From Lama guanicoe (lineage: Eukaryota): a stretch of 64,000 nt of DNA. The notes beneath the pieces were generated by a model. The model searched no databases. It saw only the letters and a program-made list of their open reading frames with translations, and was not told where the DNA came from. The DNA lies in contig MU054187.1 of NCBI GenBank assembly GCA_013239625.1, forward strand, positions 11,057,231-11,121,230. The letters run 5' to 3'. Numbering within the stretch: the stretch's first letter is position 1; the number at the start of each line of letters is the position of its first letter. Made by a program: the position numbers and the translations under genes. Positions 37,144 to 50,737 of this stretch are shown here, piece by piece.

Positions 37144-39495
37144 TTACATTTCCACTGAGACATGGGCTTTTCCCACAGTTACACAGATGTCTACCCTGTA
37201 AACATTCAGTATTGGGACAAATTTGGGGGAGTAAGGTGAAGACAATAATTCTTAAGGCAGTCCCAAGAAACAAGAAACTAAAGAGAAACCCAGATTCGAG
37301 TGGGTACATGGGAGACAGAAATGATGCTGAAGAAATAAAATATCCTCAACTCAAGCACATCGAGTGTTTGTAAATGTGGTGCCTTGCCGTGTTAAAGGAG
37401 ATAAACTTCTACACAACAATGGGGCTATTATATAGTCTCCCTATATTTAGGAGAAGCTAGAATATACATAGCCTGGTTCACCTAGGAACAGTCCTAGTTA
37501 TCCTTGAGTAGTTATTAATAGCACATCTTTTCACTCAAAAGTGCCACAATTTGGAAAATAAATTACATGATCACCATACCTAGCTTTAGTCAAGGAATTA
37601 ACATCCTTCCAGTTACCCAGAAACCTGAGTTTTATTTTATGTTCTCTTGTTCATTCATTCTTCAGTCACTCATTCATTCTTTCAGCGAGCATCTGCTCAC
37701 TCACTGCTTGGGACGTGCCATTCTTTGTCCCTGGAACTAAGACACAAAGATGAATGGAACATTGTTTCCCTTCCCAAGGGGCGTATGCTTGCAGGAGAAA
37801 GAGTCATGTAAATATATTATTAAAAAGAATGTATTATCAATGAAACAGTAGGAATACATGTACCATATTGTAGGAGAAGAGATGAGGACATAGCAAGAAA
37901 ATCTCAGAAGAAGTAAATCTTGATTTAAGCCTTAGAGGATCACTGAGCCGGGGGGAGCAGAGAAAGGTCTTGAGATTTCCGTGGGAAGAGACCCCTAAAC
38001 AGAGCGAGTAACACAGGCAAAGACACGAAGGTTGTATTAATTTGCTATTGCTTTGTAGCAAATTACCACAAGCCTAGTGGCCTCGAACAACATACGTTAA
38101 TTATATCACGGATTCTGTAGATGGCAAGTCTTGGCACGGCTGGTTGGATTCTTGGCTCAGGGGCTGACATCAGGTGCCTCAAGGCTGAAGTTCTGTCTGA
38201 GGTTTGGGCTCTTCTTCCAAGTTCACCGATTGTTGGCAGAATCTATCTGGCAGCTGTGAGACTGGGGCCCCTGCTTCCTCCTAGCGATTGCCTGGAGGCC
38301 ACTCTCAGCAGCTCAAGGCTACCCTCGATTTCCTGCCACGTGATGGTTCCCAGCCAGGCTGTTGTTTCTTCCAGGCTAGAAGGTGTCTCTCTCTAACTTC
38401 TTGATCTGTGATCTACTGGAGAAAATCCCTTGCTTTTGAAGAGTTCATGTGATTAAATCAGACTTAGTAGATAATCTCCCTCTTTTAAGGTCAACAGATT
38501 TGGGACATTAATTACAACCACAAAATCCCTTCATAGCTGGAACTAGATTAGTGTTTTATTAAACACCTAGGAGAGGGTGTCTGTGTCCCAGGAAACAAAG
38601 ATCAGGGTCAGGGTGGGGAGTTAGGACTCTGGGTACCACAGGTGAGTCGCACGGCCCGTTTGTAAGGAGAAATCACAGCGTGTGGGACCCTAGCCTCTCA
38701 GACTTTATCAGTGTTTGCCAAACTTGCATTAAGAGTCACCTGTTGCACTTGTTAAAAATACAGATTAGAATTTTACATTTTTTAAACTTTTTTTAATTGA
38801 AGTACAGTCAATTATAATGCATCAATTTCTGGTGTACAGTCATGCATATACATCCATATATTCATTTTCATATTTTTTCATTAAAGTTTATGACAAGATT
38901 CTGAATATAATTCCCTGTGCTGTACAGAAGAAACTCAGTTTAGAATTTTAAACGTATACCTATTTATAAAATAAAGATTCAAGTTCACAGAATTGAGTTG
39001 ATTATCATCTTCAACCCCTGGCATGCCAGCATTTGTAACTTACTAGGCTCCTCTTTTGTTTTATATTGATTCTTTCTCTTCATCCTCATTCTCATTCCCA
39101 CTCCTAAGCCCCACATCCACTGTGACTCTCGTGCACTTAATAGTGTTCTGTGAATCCACCACCTGTGTGAGCCTTAATAAAGGCATATACTTGAAAAACA
39201 CACAATGTTGTGTTTGTGTGTTTTATTAGATTTTTTCTTATATGATGTTGTGCCATAAATCTCCTTCGAGTTCTTTTTACTCTGCAAGTCGCATTTACTG
39301 CCTCTGCAAAGGATTCTGTCCCTATTCAGAGTCACAATTTGCTCATCAATTCCTCTGGGATGGAAACTGGACTGCCTCCAACTTCTTGTCATCACATCCT
39401 TGTCCTCTTAGGGAGCTATGTGAAAGTTTCTCAGGGCTACACATCTAGGAATGGAATCGCTGTGTGATTGGGTTAACGCATACTTAATTTCATTA
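37144..39495 (+). repeat. Tandem segmental duplication, copy 2
   Basis: Junction ...ttaatttcaTTAcatttccactg; 8 substitutions and one 3-bp indel seen versus copy 1. Confidence 0.98.
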
Positions 39496-42400
39496 AGTGC
39501 TATCAGATTTGTCTCCAGGAATCTTACTCTAGTTCAACCTCCCACCAGAAATGCTTGATGGCTTTTGTTTTCCTGTAGATTTCCCTTTAGTAGGTATTCT
39601 TTTAAATCCTTTTCTCCCCCTCCCTTTTTTTTTGCCATTCCAAAATAGGCTTAGAAAGATATCTTGTTAGTTGAAATACACTTATCTGATTACTAGTGAG
39701 GCTGACTATTTCTTCATGTTCTTGGTTCAGTGTTTTGAGTATTTTGTTTTTTTCCAGCTGTTTTACAGGAGATGGTTGTACCTTCTAGCTTTAAATCATG
39801 GCCAGTTTTAGGGGTTACAAATACTTATTTTGTCATCTGTTCATTTTGATTTTGATATCCTTTATTGAATAGAAGCTATAATTGTGATATTATCAAATTC
39901 CTGATTGTTTACGTGATGTTTACTTACGGTCAGAGTTATTCTACATTTAACTTCCTCTGCTCTGATCCATCACATTTAGACCTACACTTCATTTGAAGTA
40001 ATATATGGTGTGAGACAGGGATCTGGCTTGTCTGTTTCCCTACTGTGAACTAATTATTCCGTATCATTCACTGAATCATTTCTCATTTCCCAAATTTACA
40101 TGCCACCATCTCTATCAAGCGGTCATATATAAAAAAAAACCCTGAATCTGAGCTCTCTGTTTTGTTCTGGGCCTATTTGACAGTTGCTGTGCCAAAACCA
40201 CAGTGTTTCAAGTATGATAGTGTTTTGTAGCATGTCAATAGCTAATAGGAAAAGCTCTCTCTCTCTCTCTTTTTTTTTCCAAAACAGCCTTAGAACTTTA
40301 AGCATATGCAGCTTGGAATCAGTTTGTAACTTTCAAAAACAAATGAAAAGACAAATCCTGCTAAGATCTGATTGTATTGCTCACATACGGTAATTTGAGG
40401 AAATCATTTATTAGAGATTTTTAAGTTTTATAATAGAGGTCTCGTGAATTTTTTAGGTTCGTTCCTGGATGATTTTTGTTGTTGTTCTTTTAAGTTTTAG
40501 TTTCTTGCTCCTGTGACTCACACCTTGTCTTCTTCCACACTTTCTACTTAGTATTTCTGATGTAAATAATAGCTAATGATTTTTCTTCGGTGATCCAGTA
40601 ACATTGCTGAACCCCCTTATATTCTCATTGTGAAAACTGAAATGTTCGGAAGAGCAATTAAGGACAATTCCAGAAAACAATCACCTAAGGAGAGAAAGTG
40701 GGTTAAGCTAGTTACACAATGACCTGGATAGCAGATGCCTTTATAACAGGAGAAAGAGAAAAGGTATCGCAGATTATAAAACATTTTCCCAAAACTTGCT
40801 ACACAAATATTATTTTTTCAATATTATTATTTTAGATGCCATTCTAAAATAAAAATAATATATTTCTATAACACAAGATTCTATAACACACTGTGTATTT
40901 ATCTTTTATATTATTGCTTTTTTAAAAAATTATGTAATACCATATATACTTCTGCTTTTTCATTTGCAATGTAAACATTTTTGCTTTATTGATTTTTTAA
41001 AAATATGGTTTTTAAGTGTTTTTACTGTTATATTTTATTGCATATTTTATATATATATATACATACATACTATATATATACAGAACAGTGAACAAATCAT
41101 TATTCTGCAGTTCAACAAATGTTCATGAAGTGAAAACACTGGTATAACCAGCAGCCAGACTAAGAAACACACACAAAAAAAGCATAATCTTGAATGTTTT
41201 AAGTTGTTTCCAATTTCCCCCACATATAAAATTTTATTTACAATTCTGATTTTATTTCCTTTGGAAAGAGTCCTAGAAATTGAATTACTGGTTAAATAAC
41301 ATGAGAATTTTTAAAGTCCTCTATACCTAGGGGTGAATGCCTTTCGGGAAAGATGGAATCATTTCATAGAACCAATAAAGGGGTCCAAGGAAGAGCATTT
41401 GGGCCATGTAGAGGACCGCTGCTTTGCTAATATTTTCCAATTGGATGAGTAAAAAAATCTCATTGTTGTTTCCATTTTTATTATTAAAAAAGATTGTGCT
41501 TTTTGACATCTCTTACCCTGTATATTACCTCTCCTCTGGTCTTTTTTTATCTTACTGGAGTGTTATTGATTTTTCATATTCAATTTAAAAATAGTTTATA
41601 TTTTAAGAATATTAGCCTTGGGTAATATTTGTTACAAGTAGTTTCCTACTTTTGACTCTTGTTTTGCAAGTTCTACATGTTTTAAATTTAGTTTTAATTT
41701 CTTTGAAGATACACATGCAAATAATTTAGGGTTTAGTAATTCTAGAAAGCTTAATCATTCTATCCTCTATCATCTGTTTAACTATCTATCTATCTATATT
41801 TACCCATCTATGTCTGTCCATATCTCAGTCTCCCATTACAAATGTCTTTTTCCTAAGATGGACTAAAATTTCCTGTAGCTCTTTATTTTTGCATTTATAT
41901 TCATAGCTCTAAATAGCATACTTCTAGTTCTTGAATTTTTAAGTGTCAGCCATTGCCTTTTGACTCCCTATTCTGAAAGATGACGATGTACCACCCATCT
42001 GCCCTATGCCACCCACTATCACAAACATACCACCCGTCTGCCCAATGCCAACACAAGGACAGCGTTCCTTACAGGGGTGATCACTGTCTACATCATGACT
42101 CTGCAATGGGATCATAGCTAACCCATGTGCCGAGTTCCTGATCACTTTTACTCTTCATTATAAGTTTTCATTTCCCCTGGAGTTAACGATTTCTTGCTTT
42201 TTGTTTACTCGCCTTTTCAAATTTTCATGTCTCATTCTTCCCCAAACTCTCTCTAAATTGCATAATTTTTTTCCTAATATTTTTTAAAGGACAGGTATTC
42301 TATCAATTCAACCTACCAAAAGAAATTTCTCCCAGAGCCTTGGAGCAGCTGCAGTTTGTACATCTGTGCTCCATCCTTTCTTTGTTACTCTTTGTGCTTT

Positions 42401-44205
42401 GACTAAAAGCTGCCTTAAAATGGTGAATATCTGAGATTATCTTCATTCCTCCCACACACTTTATAGATCGTTTGGCTCTATAAAGACATTTCAGTAGTCC
42501 GTGGTAAGAAAGATATTGCCACACGCTCATTTTCTGGACTCAGCTCACAGAATCCTGGCTACCAGGTGAGATCCTCCAGTCAGAAAGATTAGAAAATTAT
42601 TTTCTGTGCCATCTTGACCTGCCCAAAAGGAAAACTAATGATGTTGGCATCCTGGGCTCCCTAATGAAATGGAAGAAACTTCCCAGACAGCAATCCTGCA
42701 ATTGAAAAATTCTAGTTGGAATTTCCCTCTGGATTTGGAAAGCATTGTTCCATTTTCTTCTAGCCACAAGAGTTACTGTTGAGAGTCTGTTTTCGTTCCA
42801 ATTCCTTTATCCTTTGAATATAACCTGTTTTTTTTTTTTTCTTTCTTTCTGATAGCGTTTAGGATTTTCTCTTAGTCTTCAGCGTTTCTGAAAGTTTGGG
42901 ATGTTGCACTGAAACAGAACAGAACCCTGTGGGGTCCTCCCTAGTACAAATCCTTTCCATGTCCCCGTTTCTCATTTGTAGCAAATAGGTTTCATTTAGC
43001 CTCCTGACCTTCCCTGAGTTCCAAAGGGCAGATTCAAACTGTTTCTAACCAGGGGAAAGAGGGAATGCAGAAACAGGGGAGGAGCAGTCAAGAAACAATA
43101 GTGCTGCCTTGGGGCAGGATCCTGGTTCCTCCTCGAGGAATAGACAAAACAATACGTCTGAGTCACCCACCCGCCTTGCTTGGCCCTGAGATAATCCTTT
43201 CTCTGCTCCGAAGTCCAACATTTCGGTTTGTTTGGCCGCAGGGTGCATCGGGTAACAGGACCTTGGTGTGTTTCCAAACTTAACCATTTGTAATCAGCTC
43301 TCATTGTTCTCTTTCATCATGAAGACTTGTCCTTTAATTAGGGGATAATTTCTTGAACTTTTTTTACTCACTTGTCTCCTCTATTTTTTCTCTGTTCTCT
43401 CTTTAATATCTATTATTCAGGTAGCAGGACTTCTGTTTTTCTTGTTTCCCACCTTTATGTTCCATTTAAAAATCTTTCTTCTCTACTTTCTGGAAGTTTG
43501 CCTCATCTCTAACTTTCTCCGTTAAAAAAAAAAAGCTATTATATTTGCAATTTCTTTTGGGGAGGGACTTGGTCCCCTTTTCAAAGGACAATTCTTAAAT
43601 AAAATCCGATTGATATTTCCTGGATGCCGTATGTCTTTTCTCCCTCTGAGAATGATGTATTTTTTTGTTTCTATGCCCTTGCATCTTCTCCGTGGTTTCT
43701 GAGTAATTTTTTTTCTTTTTACATTTCACATTAGAGTTTTCTCTAGATGTCTAGTCTTCTTTGGTTGTCTGCTAATGAGAGACTAAATCATTGATGCAAT
43801 CTTTCTTTGTGCAAAGCGGCTGACTGCGGGCTTCGCTATAGGGTAATGCCTTGGCCAGTCTTTGTTGCTGTTGACATTATTTCATTGGGGAGCCCATTAT
43901 GTAAATAATTTTAGATTTCTATTGGACCTTTCACTATTCCACAGAAAAGAATCCTCTGCTCTCCTGCCTGCAGGGTTAAATCTGGCTGCCAAATTTTTGT
44001 GAGCTGAATCCAAACAGGGGCAAAGCATTCAATTGTGTACTTCACTAATCTGCCTGTGTTTTTGCACAATAATCCTGCCTACAATTGTACCTGGCATCCT
44101 CCAACCTAGAAAACATCTGTTTTGCTCTCAGACAATGTCTTCATGGGGGCAGTGATTAGGAACAGGAAGTAAGTGCTTTTTACACTGAACTTCACCTCAT
44201 CCCTG
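39496..44205 (-). mobile_element. Mosaic of old antisense L1 (L1ME/L1M) fragments
   Basis: T-rich L1 motifs: gattactagtgaggctga, tatatggtgtgagacagggatc, cctagaaattgaattactgg, ttccattttcttctagc. Confidence 0.7.
42910..43257 (+). mobile_element. ERV1-type solo LTR (cetartiodactyl type) inserted in L1
   Basis: TG...CA ends (tgaaacagaac ... ggtaaca); 4-bp TSD gcac/ggac; the L1 sequence resumes across it. Confidence 0.85.
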
Positions 44206-44209
44206 GCCT

Positions 44210-44565
44210 TGTGGGCAAAGAATCTCTTCTGTCACATCAGTAAACAAAGGATGTTGCGGCCATCAAGTCATCAGCCACGGCAACCACTCCCCCCTCCCAC
44301 AGTAAACACTGAGGGGATTTGGGATAGAAAACAAGATACTGGCCCTGGATAGTTCAGGTGCATATCAAAGGAATGATTTCGATGAACAGACTCTTGCATC
44401 TTCCCACACCCAGAAAAGCGCTACATTCATAAATTTGAGAGGTCTGATTCTTCTTTAATTAATGGTAATCTTTTGATGTTCCACCTACCTTGTTGTTTTT
44501 GCAAAAACTCCCATGTATCCTGGCTCCTCCCTTGCCCCTTCCTAGCAGCCCCGCAGAGCCATCTC
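44210..44565 (+). mobile_element. ERV1-type LTR, 3'-truncated
   Basis: tgtgggcaaagaatct...cagtaaacaaaggatgttgcggccatcaag...gcaaaaactcccatgtatcctggctcctcc; no polyA signal or CA end seen. Confidence 0.8.
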
Positions 44566-44659
44566 TACATACTGTGTAACATAAATCAGTTGACTTTGCT
44601 CTGTCCTGGATGTGACCCCACTTGTTCCATGTGCTCCTTCCTTTGGAGACCCCATGACC

Positions 44660-44755
44660 AGTTCTAGGCAAGTCGCTTCTCCCCTTGGGGCCTGTGCTTC
44701 CTCAACTGTGAAATGAAGAATTTGGACAAGAGAGCCTCTAAAATCTCCATCCGTA
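44660..44755 (+). mobile_element. MIR3-like fragment
   Basis: ggcaagtcgcttctccccttggggcctgtgcttcctcaactgtgaaatgaag. Confidence 0.7.
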
Positions 44756-46900
44756 GAAACCTCGGCTTTCTCTGTGTGATATCTCTAAACATATGTTTCA
44801 TTCACTGAGAGTGGATTTTTAAATTTAATTTCTTCCTAGTCTCCATAACACTTAATGCTTCACTTTAGTTCCACTATTTATTATATTATTATGTACCTAC
44901 TATGATCCCGGCATAACATGTCACTGAATGATATCTGCTGAATTATTAAAGAGTCAAATTCTTCTAATAAAGCAATAGTTCTAACTTTTAGAGTCTACAT
45001 ATTGTAGCTGGTTCTACCGAGTTTCTGTTTGCTTGTTTGTTCACTTTTGTTTGCATTATAGAAATGTTGCAAAACAAAATGCTCCCAGGAACAGACAGTT
45101 GATGCCATTAATATCTCCTATGAATTATTATTTTGTTAAAATGTAGGTGGCTTGATTAGTATAACGCCTGAGTAATCTCAGCCAAAAAAAATAACCTATG
45201 CAAAACCATTTCTATACACATTTAAGCTGTTTTTCAGCAAAAGCAATATCACTGCTTAAAATAACATAGTGTCATAACATAATGACTAGTGTAAGCTGAA
45301 TACACCTGTGCTTGGGGCCCATAAAGAGAACAAACTGAACTCAAATCTAAGTATGTATTAAATTTTGACTGTATTTTTTCAGAATTAATGGAAATGCAAA
45401 CTTCATATAGAGCCAAATCTCTGGGTGTGACTCTGCCAAGAAAAATAGATCCGTGAAGGGTGAAAGCAGGTGGGAAACAAATGTCTTTCTAAATCACTGA
45501 ATCATAACCTACTCAATGAAAGTGCTAGTGAAATTCAATTGCATGGACCCGGCGTAATCTTTTACGCAGGGATATCCTCTCACACCAAGGATGTGCCTGT
45601 TCTAACAGACGAGGTTTCATTTCTGATCTCCCCATAATAATCCAATTAATCTTATTTATTTGTGTTTGAGTCGCCTCACAAGTGTTTATATGATAGATGC
45701 TTTCTTATAAGTGCTAAGTCAGTGGTGGCATCAAAGAAGAATCGGGTTTTCCTTTGCACTTCATTTGCTATGTAGGGGTTCACCAGTCAAGCCTTCAAGG
45801 GGAGCTCATTTGAGCCAAAGGGTAGTGTGAGCACTGATGGGCTCTTCCCATGATAACAAGCTTCTTCGTATGTGGCTCCGCCCCCTTGCTGATCTCTTTC
45901 TTTCCTCTATTTATATCATAATATCCAATCACACTCAACTGTTAGCTCTTTACCGCCATGATTTGTGCATACAAATTACTCTGCTGTTTGCCTGAAAACA
46001 GCAACTTTCAACAATAAAGTCAAGCATTATTTCTACATTACATCTTCTCTTGTTCCTGTTCCCGGCCCCAAGCTAAGACCTTTCCTTCCTTTGTGTCCCC
46101 AGATACTTCATGGCATTCTATTTGTGTACACACGAGTCCTCCCTTCTCCTCATAGAGCCTCACTCTTCAAGGGTCATCCATCCCCGAAACATAAAATAGT
46201 CTCTGGCACAGTGGATAGTCAATAAATATGTATTTAATAAGTAGAATTATTTATTTACGGAAAAACGGTATCAGATGTCTGAAGGATCTCCTCCTTTCTT
46301 ACATGCTATTCAAACATTTCTCTCAAGCTAGACAAGGAAAAAAGGATTTTAGGTTAGTAACTGGGCTCCACATCCTCCTCTATGTATAACTTACTTAAGA
46401 AAAATGTCTGTATATCATTTCCAGTGCTGCATCGAAGTGAGAGTGGACAACCTCTTGTCTATTCCTTATTCTATATTTAATCTAATACTAAAGACAGATG
46501 GTGTCTATTAAAGTAGATGAAAATTGAATGATTTTTCTGCCTTGAAATGTGGGAATTACTCAAAAGACTCTGAGCAGTAAGTTATGTGATGCCAGATATC
46601 TGTATTAGATCATATCATATTTTATGATTGAGGTAATTTGACTTTATATCCAAGTCAGTATCTTTATTACAAATGCCATATTGAAGGATCTTTGGAGAAT
46701 AATTATTTTAAGCAATTTTTAATTAAAAATTATAATTCTTTGCAAAATAAAATTCAAGTTATATCCAGTAAAGAATAAAGGAGAAAGTCAAAAATTTCCA
46801 AAATACCCCCTCACATATATCAGAAATAATTGCTATTAATGTGTTTTTTGATAAGCATTCTCTCTAACCCGCCTGTTGTCTATGTATTCTCTCGTTCATT

Positions 46901-46924
46901 CACACACACACACACACACACACA
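46901..46924. repeat. (CA)12 microsatellite
   Basis: Seen directly. Confidence 0.95.
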
Positions 46925-46999
46925 GAGTCAGTTAAAGTTACAATGGAAAAAAAGATGGCGTTTAAAATAGCAACGCAAAAGGTGTACCTTTATGGCACT

Positions 47000-47440
47000 A
47001 TTTTAAATACCATCATCTTTCTGATTGCACTGCTTAATACCTCCAATGTAATGTGGGCTTCCTTGTTTTATTCCTGTCTTTAATAGGAATGGGTCCAACG
47101 TTTCCAAATTCTGTGAAATGCTAGCCTAGGGGCTGAAATATATATATATATATAATATATAATAATGTCAAGGAAGGAATAGCCTCAAATGTTTTCTCAG
47201 TTATCTATACACTTGATGTGTGGGTTTCCTCCCTAGAGCTATTAACATGGTGAGTCAAGTCAGTGGATTCCCTGATATTGAACCATACTTGAAATCTAGA
47301 AGAAAAGACAACGTTTTTAAAAATGTGCTGCTGGATTCTGTTTGCTACGCTTTATCTCATAATTTTTGCATTGCAGTTTTATAAGGCTAACCTGTAGTTG
47401 TGCATTCTACGCACTTTTAATCCAATTTTAGTTCCGGTGA
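47000..47440 (-). mobile_element. Old L1 ORF2 fragment, antisense
   Basis: ttccttgttttattcctgtcttta, tattgaaccatacttg, tgctgctggattctgtttgcta. Confidence 0.7.
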
Positions 47441-48959
47441 ATAGGAAGTTACTGGTTTAAATGAAAAATTGTCTAATATGTGAAAATAAATGAGAGCATG
47501 GCCAACATTAATGATACTCAGTCCTGGCATAGATCAAAGAGTGAAACTGAGAATATTTTTCTGAGATTCCTTCAAAAATAAGATATTCATCTACAAAAAA
47601 TAATGTGTGAACTCTTTCATAAAGCTTGGACTCTCACTGAGAATTCTTTCCATGAATTTTTTTTTTATCTTATATAAACATCAACCTTTTGCCTATGACA
47701 TATTTTATAATGTATTAAATCAAGTTGTGTCCTTGGTTATTTAATGTAAAAAAAAAAAAAGGCTACATCTAGTAAAGCTCTAAGTACATTCACAGGCCAC
47801 AGAATTAGCAAAACAACCAAAGCACTTCAACAATTTCAGATTCCCCTTGTTACTCCTGGAGCGCAGCATAAAAGCTGAGTTCTCGTTTTACTTGACCTAA
47901 TATTAACATTATCATTGTATTGAGTTCCATTGTGTGTCACAAAGCTGAACCTCAAGCTGTAGGATTATACGGCCATAAATTAGAATTATTTGACATGTGT
48001 CAATAAAATAACACTGCCAAGTACTAAAACCCTTTGGCTTCCTGTCAAGTCTGAGGTCAGGATTTGTAAGAATGACATAGTCCTTTTTCTTGCCTGCTTA
48101 TTGCTGTGGCCCTGAGGCTGAAGTAACCAGATGTCTGGCACTTCGTATTTAAAGGTCTCGCAGTTTTAGCAGATAAAGCCCCATTTTTTTCTTCTTTAAT
48201 TCAAAGATACCCTGTTTCCATTAAAATACATACTTCTTTTTATTAATCTGTTTTTTTTCTTTTTCCCTAATCCCTCTTAACAATGAAAAATAAGAAAAGT
48301 GTAACTTATTTGTACATCTGAAATACTCCTTTTAGCTAAAGAGTCAGAAGAGAAATATATTTAATTTTCCCTTACGCTGCTTAGATTTCTGTTGTGTACA
48401 TCTAAGGTACTGTCTGAAATTTAATAGCCCCATGTGGTATCAGCAATTTGATGGCAAATTCCTTATCTTCTTCACCTCTGAATCTCCAGCCCCTTATGCA
48501 CTTGAGGGGTGTGCAATAAACACGAGGAAAGAATACATAAATGGATGAATCTGGAACTAACATCATTTGAAACCAAGACTTTCTTAAGAGTACCTCCACA
48601 TTGTGATTTTAAAACAAAGCAACTCCCCTCCCCCAAATTGGCTTGCACTGGTTTGTTGAAAGATTGTTGGCTAAATCTCTGTAGGAGAATTTACAGTTGG
48701 ACCGACTGTCATAGCTAAAGAGAACTGAATCTCATAGGTTTCAGCTATACCTTTAATGGTATGTATGGGGAGATGGGAATCCAATACGTACCCTTGGGGA
48801 TCATAGCAACTTCACTATTAAGTTCCCTTTATTAAATTTTAAAATTAAATTTTATTGTGGTTATTATGACCAACCATCTGGATTTTATCTAAACACCTCA
48901 AAGACTCTAAGGGCTCTGTTGTATTTACAATATTCTTTATTTCAGAAAAAAATGTCTTT

Positions 48960-50500
48960 TATAAAATATAGGAAGAAGCTAAAAATGCTATCTAATGGGC
49001 AGTTGAATCCCAGACCAGTGCTATAAAAATGAAGTCAAGAGACAGAGGCCATAAAAGGTCCAGGGCTTCTTAGAGACCTGACTGAGTTCAGGTCAGGCAC
49101 AAGGGATACATAGATGAACCTGGGCACTGTATTGTGCCAGATATAGAGAAATCTATTAAAATGTACTCAAGGGTGTATCAAAAGGACTCAGGAATTAAGT
49201 TGAAAAGGCTCTCACTGGCCAAGGATGGGATCATTTTGGCAGCCCTAACACAATATGCAGTGTATTGAAACAGTTAATATGTTTAATCTGAAACATCACA
49301 CACACACACACACACACGCACACACACCCCTTCATTATCTTCATTGGTCACCTCCAGAGGATGTTGAATAAACCATCTCAGTATTTTGAAAACTGATAAC
49401 AGAGGAAAATTCAAAAAGATTTATCTTGACTTCCCTATATAAACTGTACCTCAAAGTAACCCAACAGTGAATAAAAAAAGTTTCTCCATATAGAACTGTC
49501 CCAGCTAATAAATGAAGAAGGAATGATAGAATTGGACAGTTTTATTTGGCCATCATTTATGAACTAATAAATCTAACAAATAATTATTAAATGGCAGTTA
49601 ACACCACAAAAGATGAGATAGCCAGACATTCATGCCTGCGGTGGAAGCATATAGCACTAACCTTTTGTCTTGCAAGAAATTAATTCTGAATCTGATCAAA
49701 GCACTTGATGACCTGTACAAGAAATATAGATAGGAGACAAAGGAGCATGCTGAATGACATGCTGGGGATACAGCAGACAGCACTCAGACAATGATATTCT
49801 TAAAAACATAGTGTTTCTCAAAGTGTGGTCCCCATGGCCCCAAAAGGTTTGGGAATTGTTTGTTACTTGTCCACGATGAGATAAGGAGCTTGTGTCAGGA
49901 TGTAAATCAACTGCACCACTAAGCACACTCCGTAGTTCAGCTGAAGGAAGCTGTGTGTAATTGTCATTCTGGGGCAAGCTCTGTATTTCACACAGACCAG
50001 TATGGTGACTAGCACACTAGTACTGCACAAAGGACCTTTTGAAATTTATATAAAACAGAGAAACTGAAACTTAGAGATTAAAAGAGGTTTTACAGAATTA
50101 TCAACTAATTACAATACATTAAGCATATTTTATTCTGGTTTAAACAAGTAAATTGTAATGAAAAGGTGTAAGAAAATCAAGAAAATTTGAACACTGAATA
50201 TTTAAGAATATTAATGAATTGTTAGATTTGTAGACAAGATAAAGGCATGTGGCAGTATTTAATGTTCAGAGACACATTTTGGAATACCACACATCAAGTG
50301 ATCTGATGTCTAGGATTCGCTTCAAAGTAATATGGAAGGATGTGGAAAGTGGGTAAGAAATGTGACAGTAACAGGATTAGACAGATGTTAAAGTTGTTTA
50401 AGTTGGAGGACAGAAACATGTACTTTCATTACATCATTTTCTCTACATTCGTACATGTTAAAATCTTCCAAAATAAAAGATTAAAAACTAAAACAAAAAT
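48960..50500 (+). mobile_element. L1MC/MD 3' region containing (CA)n at about 49297-49327 and a small inserted DNA-transposon remnant near 49808
   Basis: ctcactggccaaggatggga, ccagctaataaatgaagaaggaatgataga, ctgaatctgatcaaag, gatgtctaggattcgcttcaaa. Confidence 0.75.
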
Positions 50501-50737
50501 TAATAAATGAATTTCCTTGCTATAAAAATAAATAAACAAAAAAGATAGAGGCCATAGAAAATGAGAACTAGAATTGGGACTAAAATAACACTGAGTAATT
50601 TTTAAACAGGCAGAAAGAGTTTCTGAACACATATTATGCTGGATGAATACGTACAACTTTCTTTGCCAGAAAGGTTGTTTTTCTAACATTGACATGCAGC
50701 TGTCATATAAGGACATATGCAGAATGTTCCTATAACC

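Noticed and set aside
35485..39448. Identical ORF pairs suggesting duplicated genes
   Set aside because: Chance ORFs in L2, MLT1 and L1 remnants, copied by the tandem duplication
41989..42051. Repeat-spacer-repeat pattern resembling CRISPR
   Set aside because: Only two units, eukaryotic context and no cas genes
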